A stretch of 64,000 nucleotides of DNA from Naegleria gruberi (taxonomy: Eukaryota), in the NCBI GenBank assembly GCA_000004985.1, contig GG738848.1; one strand, written 5' to 3'. The translations under genes and the position numbers were made by a program. How positions within the stretch are numbered: the stretch's first letter is position 1; the number at the start of each line of letters is the position of its first letter. The notes under the pieces were generated by a model. The model made no database searches. It saw only the letters and a list, made by a program, of their open reading frames with translations, and was not told the DNA's origin. Below are positions 62,998 to 64,000 of this stretch, piece after piece.

Positions 62998-64000
62998 ATG
63001 ACATCCGTCAATAAGAACAAGGCTCTGTTTGAAAAGCTGGATGCCAGCGCAGCCAAAGACCAGCACATTTTGAATGGTGGAGCTACAACTACTGTACAAA
63101 AGAAACCATCATCAATTTCAACATCCAATAATTCGTCTAGTTTCGGCAAAGCAAAATCATCAAATAATAATAATACTAAAACAACCAATAATAATAATAC
63201 CAAAACGACAAATTCATCATCCACTTCATCATCATCCTTTCTAAACAAGACTAATAGTTCACCATCATTGAAATCGAATAATAATTCGAATAGTGCTTCA
63301 GCAACCAAGACCACACCAACTCCACCTCCTTTCAAACAAACCACCACAACTCCCACTGCGCCACCAAAAACCAGCACAGTTTCCACCACTTCTGTCAATT
63401 CACTCAACAAACTATCAACCAACAGTCAATCAAGTCCAACCTTGAAAAGTACTTCAACCACCAGCAGCAGTATTAACAGTCCTAGTGGTAGCACACGTAA
63501 AGCACCTCCTCCACCATCATCCTCTTCATCATCAGCATCATCAACTTCTCCTAAACTGCCATCAACACCAAGTACGTCAGCCATCAAAAAAACATCAAAC
63601 ACTCCAAGTACTCCAAGCACACCAATTTCTGCACTTGTGGACAATGATTACTTTAGTTCAATTACTAAAGATGTTCCAAAGAGTGAAATTAAAATATCTG
63701 GTCCTAAAGGATTGACACACGTTGGTCATGCCTCAACTAATGATCCAACTGCATTGTTTAAGAAAAATGCTCGATCTCAAACGATTACTGGTGGAGAACT
63801 TTCGAATAGTTCAACAAAGAAGAGGGATGGAGTGAGTTTTGATGTTCCTGTAAGTGAAAAGAGTGAAAAGAAGGATGGAGAAGCATCTGGTTCGAGTGCT
63901 AAACAAGTTTTGAATCAGGCAACTGATAAATTGAAAAGTGGAATGTCCAAGATGACCAATTTGGTCAAGACTACTTGGGCTGCTGTTGGAAATGATAGTC
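62998..64000 (+). CDS. Partial gene (runs off the window end) for a Ser/Thr/Asn/Pro-rich low-complexity protein with a CRIB-like motif (ISGPKGLTHVGH).
   Basis: By hand translation, ATG at 62998 opens a frame with no stops to 64000. The terminal 110 aa are non-repetitive and contain I-S-x-P-x3-L-T-H-V-G-H, which resembles the CRIB consensus ISxPxxFxHxxHVG. The track's minus-strand ORFs here (62994..63422, 63426..63644) are antisense artefacts of this low-complexity region. Confidence 0.45.
   Translation, partial: MTSVNKNKALFEKLDASAAKDQHILNGGATTTVQKKPSSISTSNNSSSFGKAKSSNNNNTKTTNNNNTKTTNSSSTSSSSFLNKTNSSPSLKSNNNSNSASATKTTPTPPPFKQTTTTPTAPPKTSTVSTTSVNSLNKLSTNSQSSPTLKSTSTTSSSINSPSGSTRKAPPPPSSSSSSASSTSPKLPSTPSTSAIKKTSNTPSTPSTPISALVDNDYFSSITKDVPKSEIKISGPKGLTHVGHASTNDPTALFKKNARSQTITGGELSNSSTKKRDGVSFDVPVSEKSEKKDGEASGSSAKQVLNQATDKLKSGMSKMTNLVKTTWAAVGNDS

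Noticed and set aside
62994-63644. Minus-strand ORFs 62994..63422 and 63426..63644.
   Set aside because: They are Val/Gly/Leu/Asp-rich mirror images of the Ser/Thr/Asn/Pro-rich plus-strand gene. The plus-strand frame has an ATG and a non-repetitive C-terminal part, so it is preferred.
1-64000. Prokaryotic feature classes: CRISPR arrays, operons, Shine-Dalgarno sites, rho-independent terminators.
   Set aside because: The spliceosomal introns, tRNAs lacking CCA, the LINE element and the gene content show this is eukaryotic nuclear DNA. No direct-repeat / spacer architecture is present.

Overview
This window is eukaryotic nuclear DNA: AT-rich, with short GT-AG spliceosomal introns (about 50-170 nt, possibly a few of only 27-31 nt) and tRNA genes without an encoded CCA. 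There are no prokaryotic operons or CRISPR arrays. I can support about 40 protein-coding genes on both strands. The recognisable ones are an M1 aminopeptidase (2 exons), an S28 Pro-X carboxypeptidase (2 exons), a Rab GDP-dissociation inhibitor, an AGXT2-like class-III aminotransferase (3 exons), an MDR zinc-type dehydrogenase (2 exons), a 2xRRM protein, UBE2J2/UBC6 (multi-exon), a secreted trypsin-like S1 protease with an altered catalytic motif, a 7TM receptor-like protein, a divergent G-protein alpha subunit (3 exons), an ABCC/MRP full transporter, a FAD-dependent oxidoreductase, two divergently arranged lipase_3 paralogs (one catalytically degenerate), an IFI6/IFI27-like small membrane protein, an IRG-like GTPase with a degenerate P-loop, START-like lipid-binding proteins, and several F-box proteins. 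The F-box set includes a three-copy family of F-box plus RNI-type LRR proteins built from near-identical 72-bp tandem repeats. Non-coding content comprises a tRNA-Ile(AAT) and a tRNA-Ser(GCT); a 1.17-kb 5'-truncated non-LTR retrotransposon fragment with a perfect 22-bp target-site duplication just downstream of the G-alpha stop codon; an AT-rich palindromic tract; and coding 21-bp tandem repeats. The most unusual structures are a V-ATPase subunit D N-terminal fragment fused in frame to LRR-family repeats, a decaying frameshifted 3' end on one LRR paralog, and two pseudoenzymes (trypsin-like GDGGSP, lipase-like GYKAG). I could not assign the lineage confidently. Gene content such as IFI6-like, IRG-like and trypsin hints at an AT-rich animal, but an amoebozoan or early-diverging fungus cannot be excluded from sequence alone. 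All homology calls are from reading the translations by eye; no database searches or numerical computations were run.
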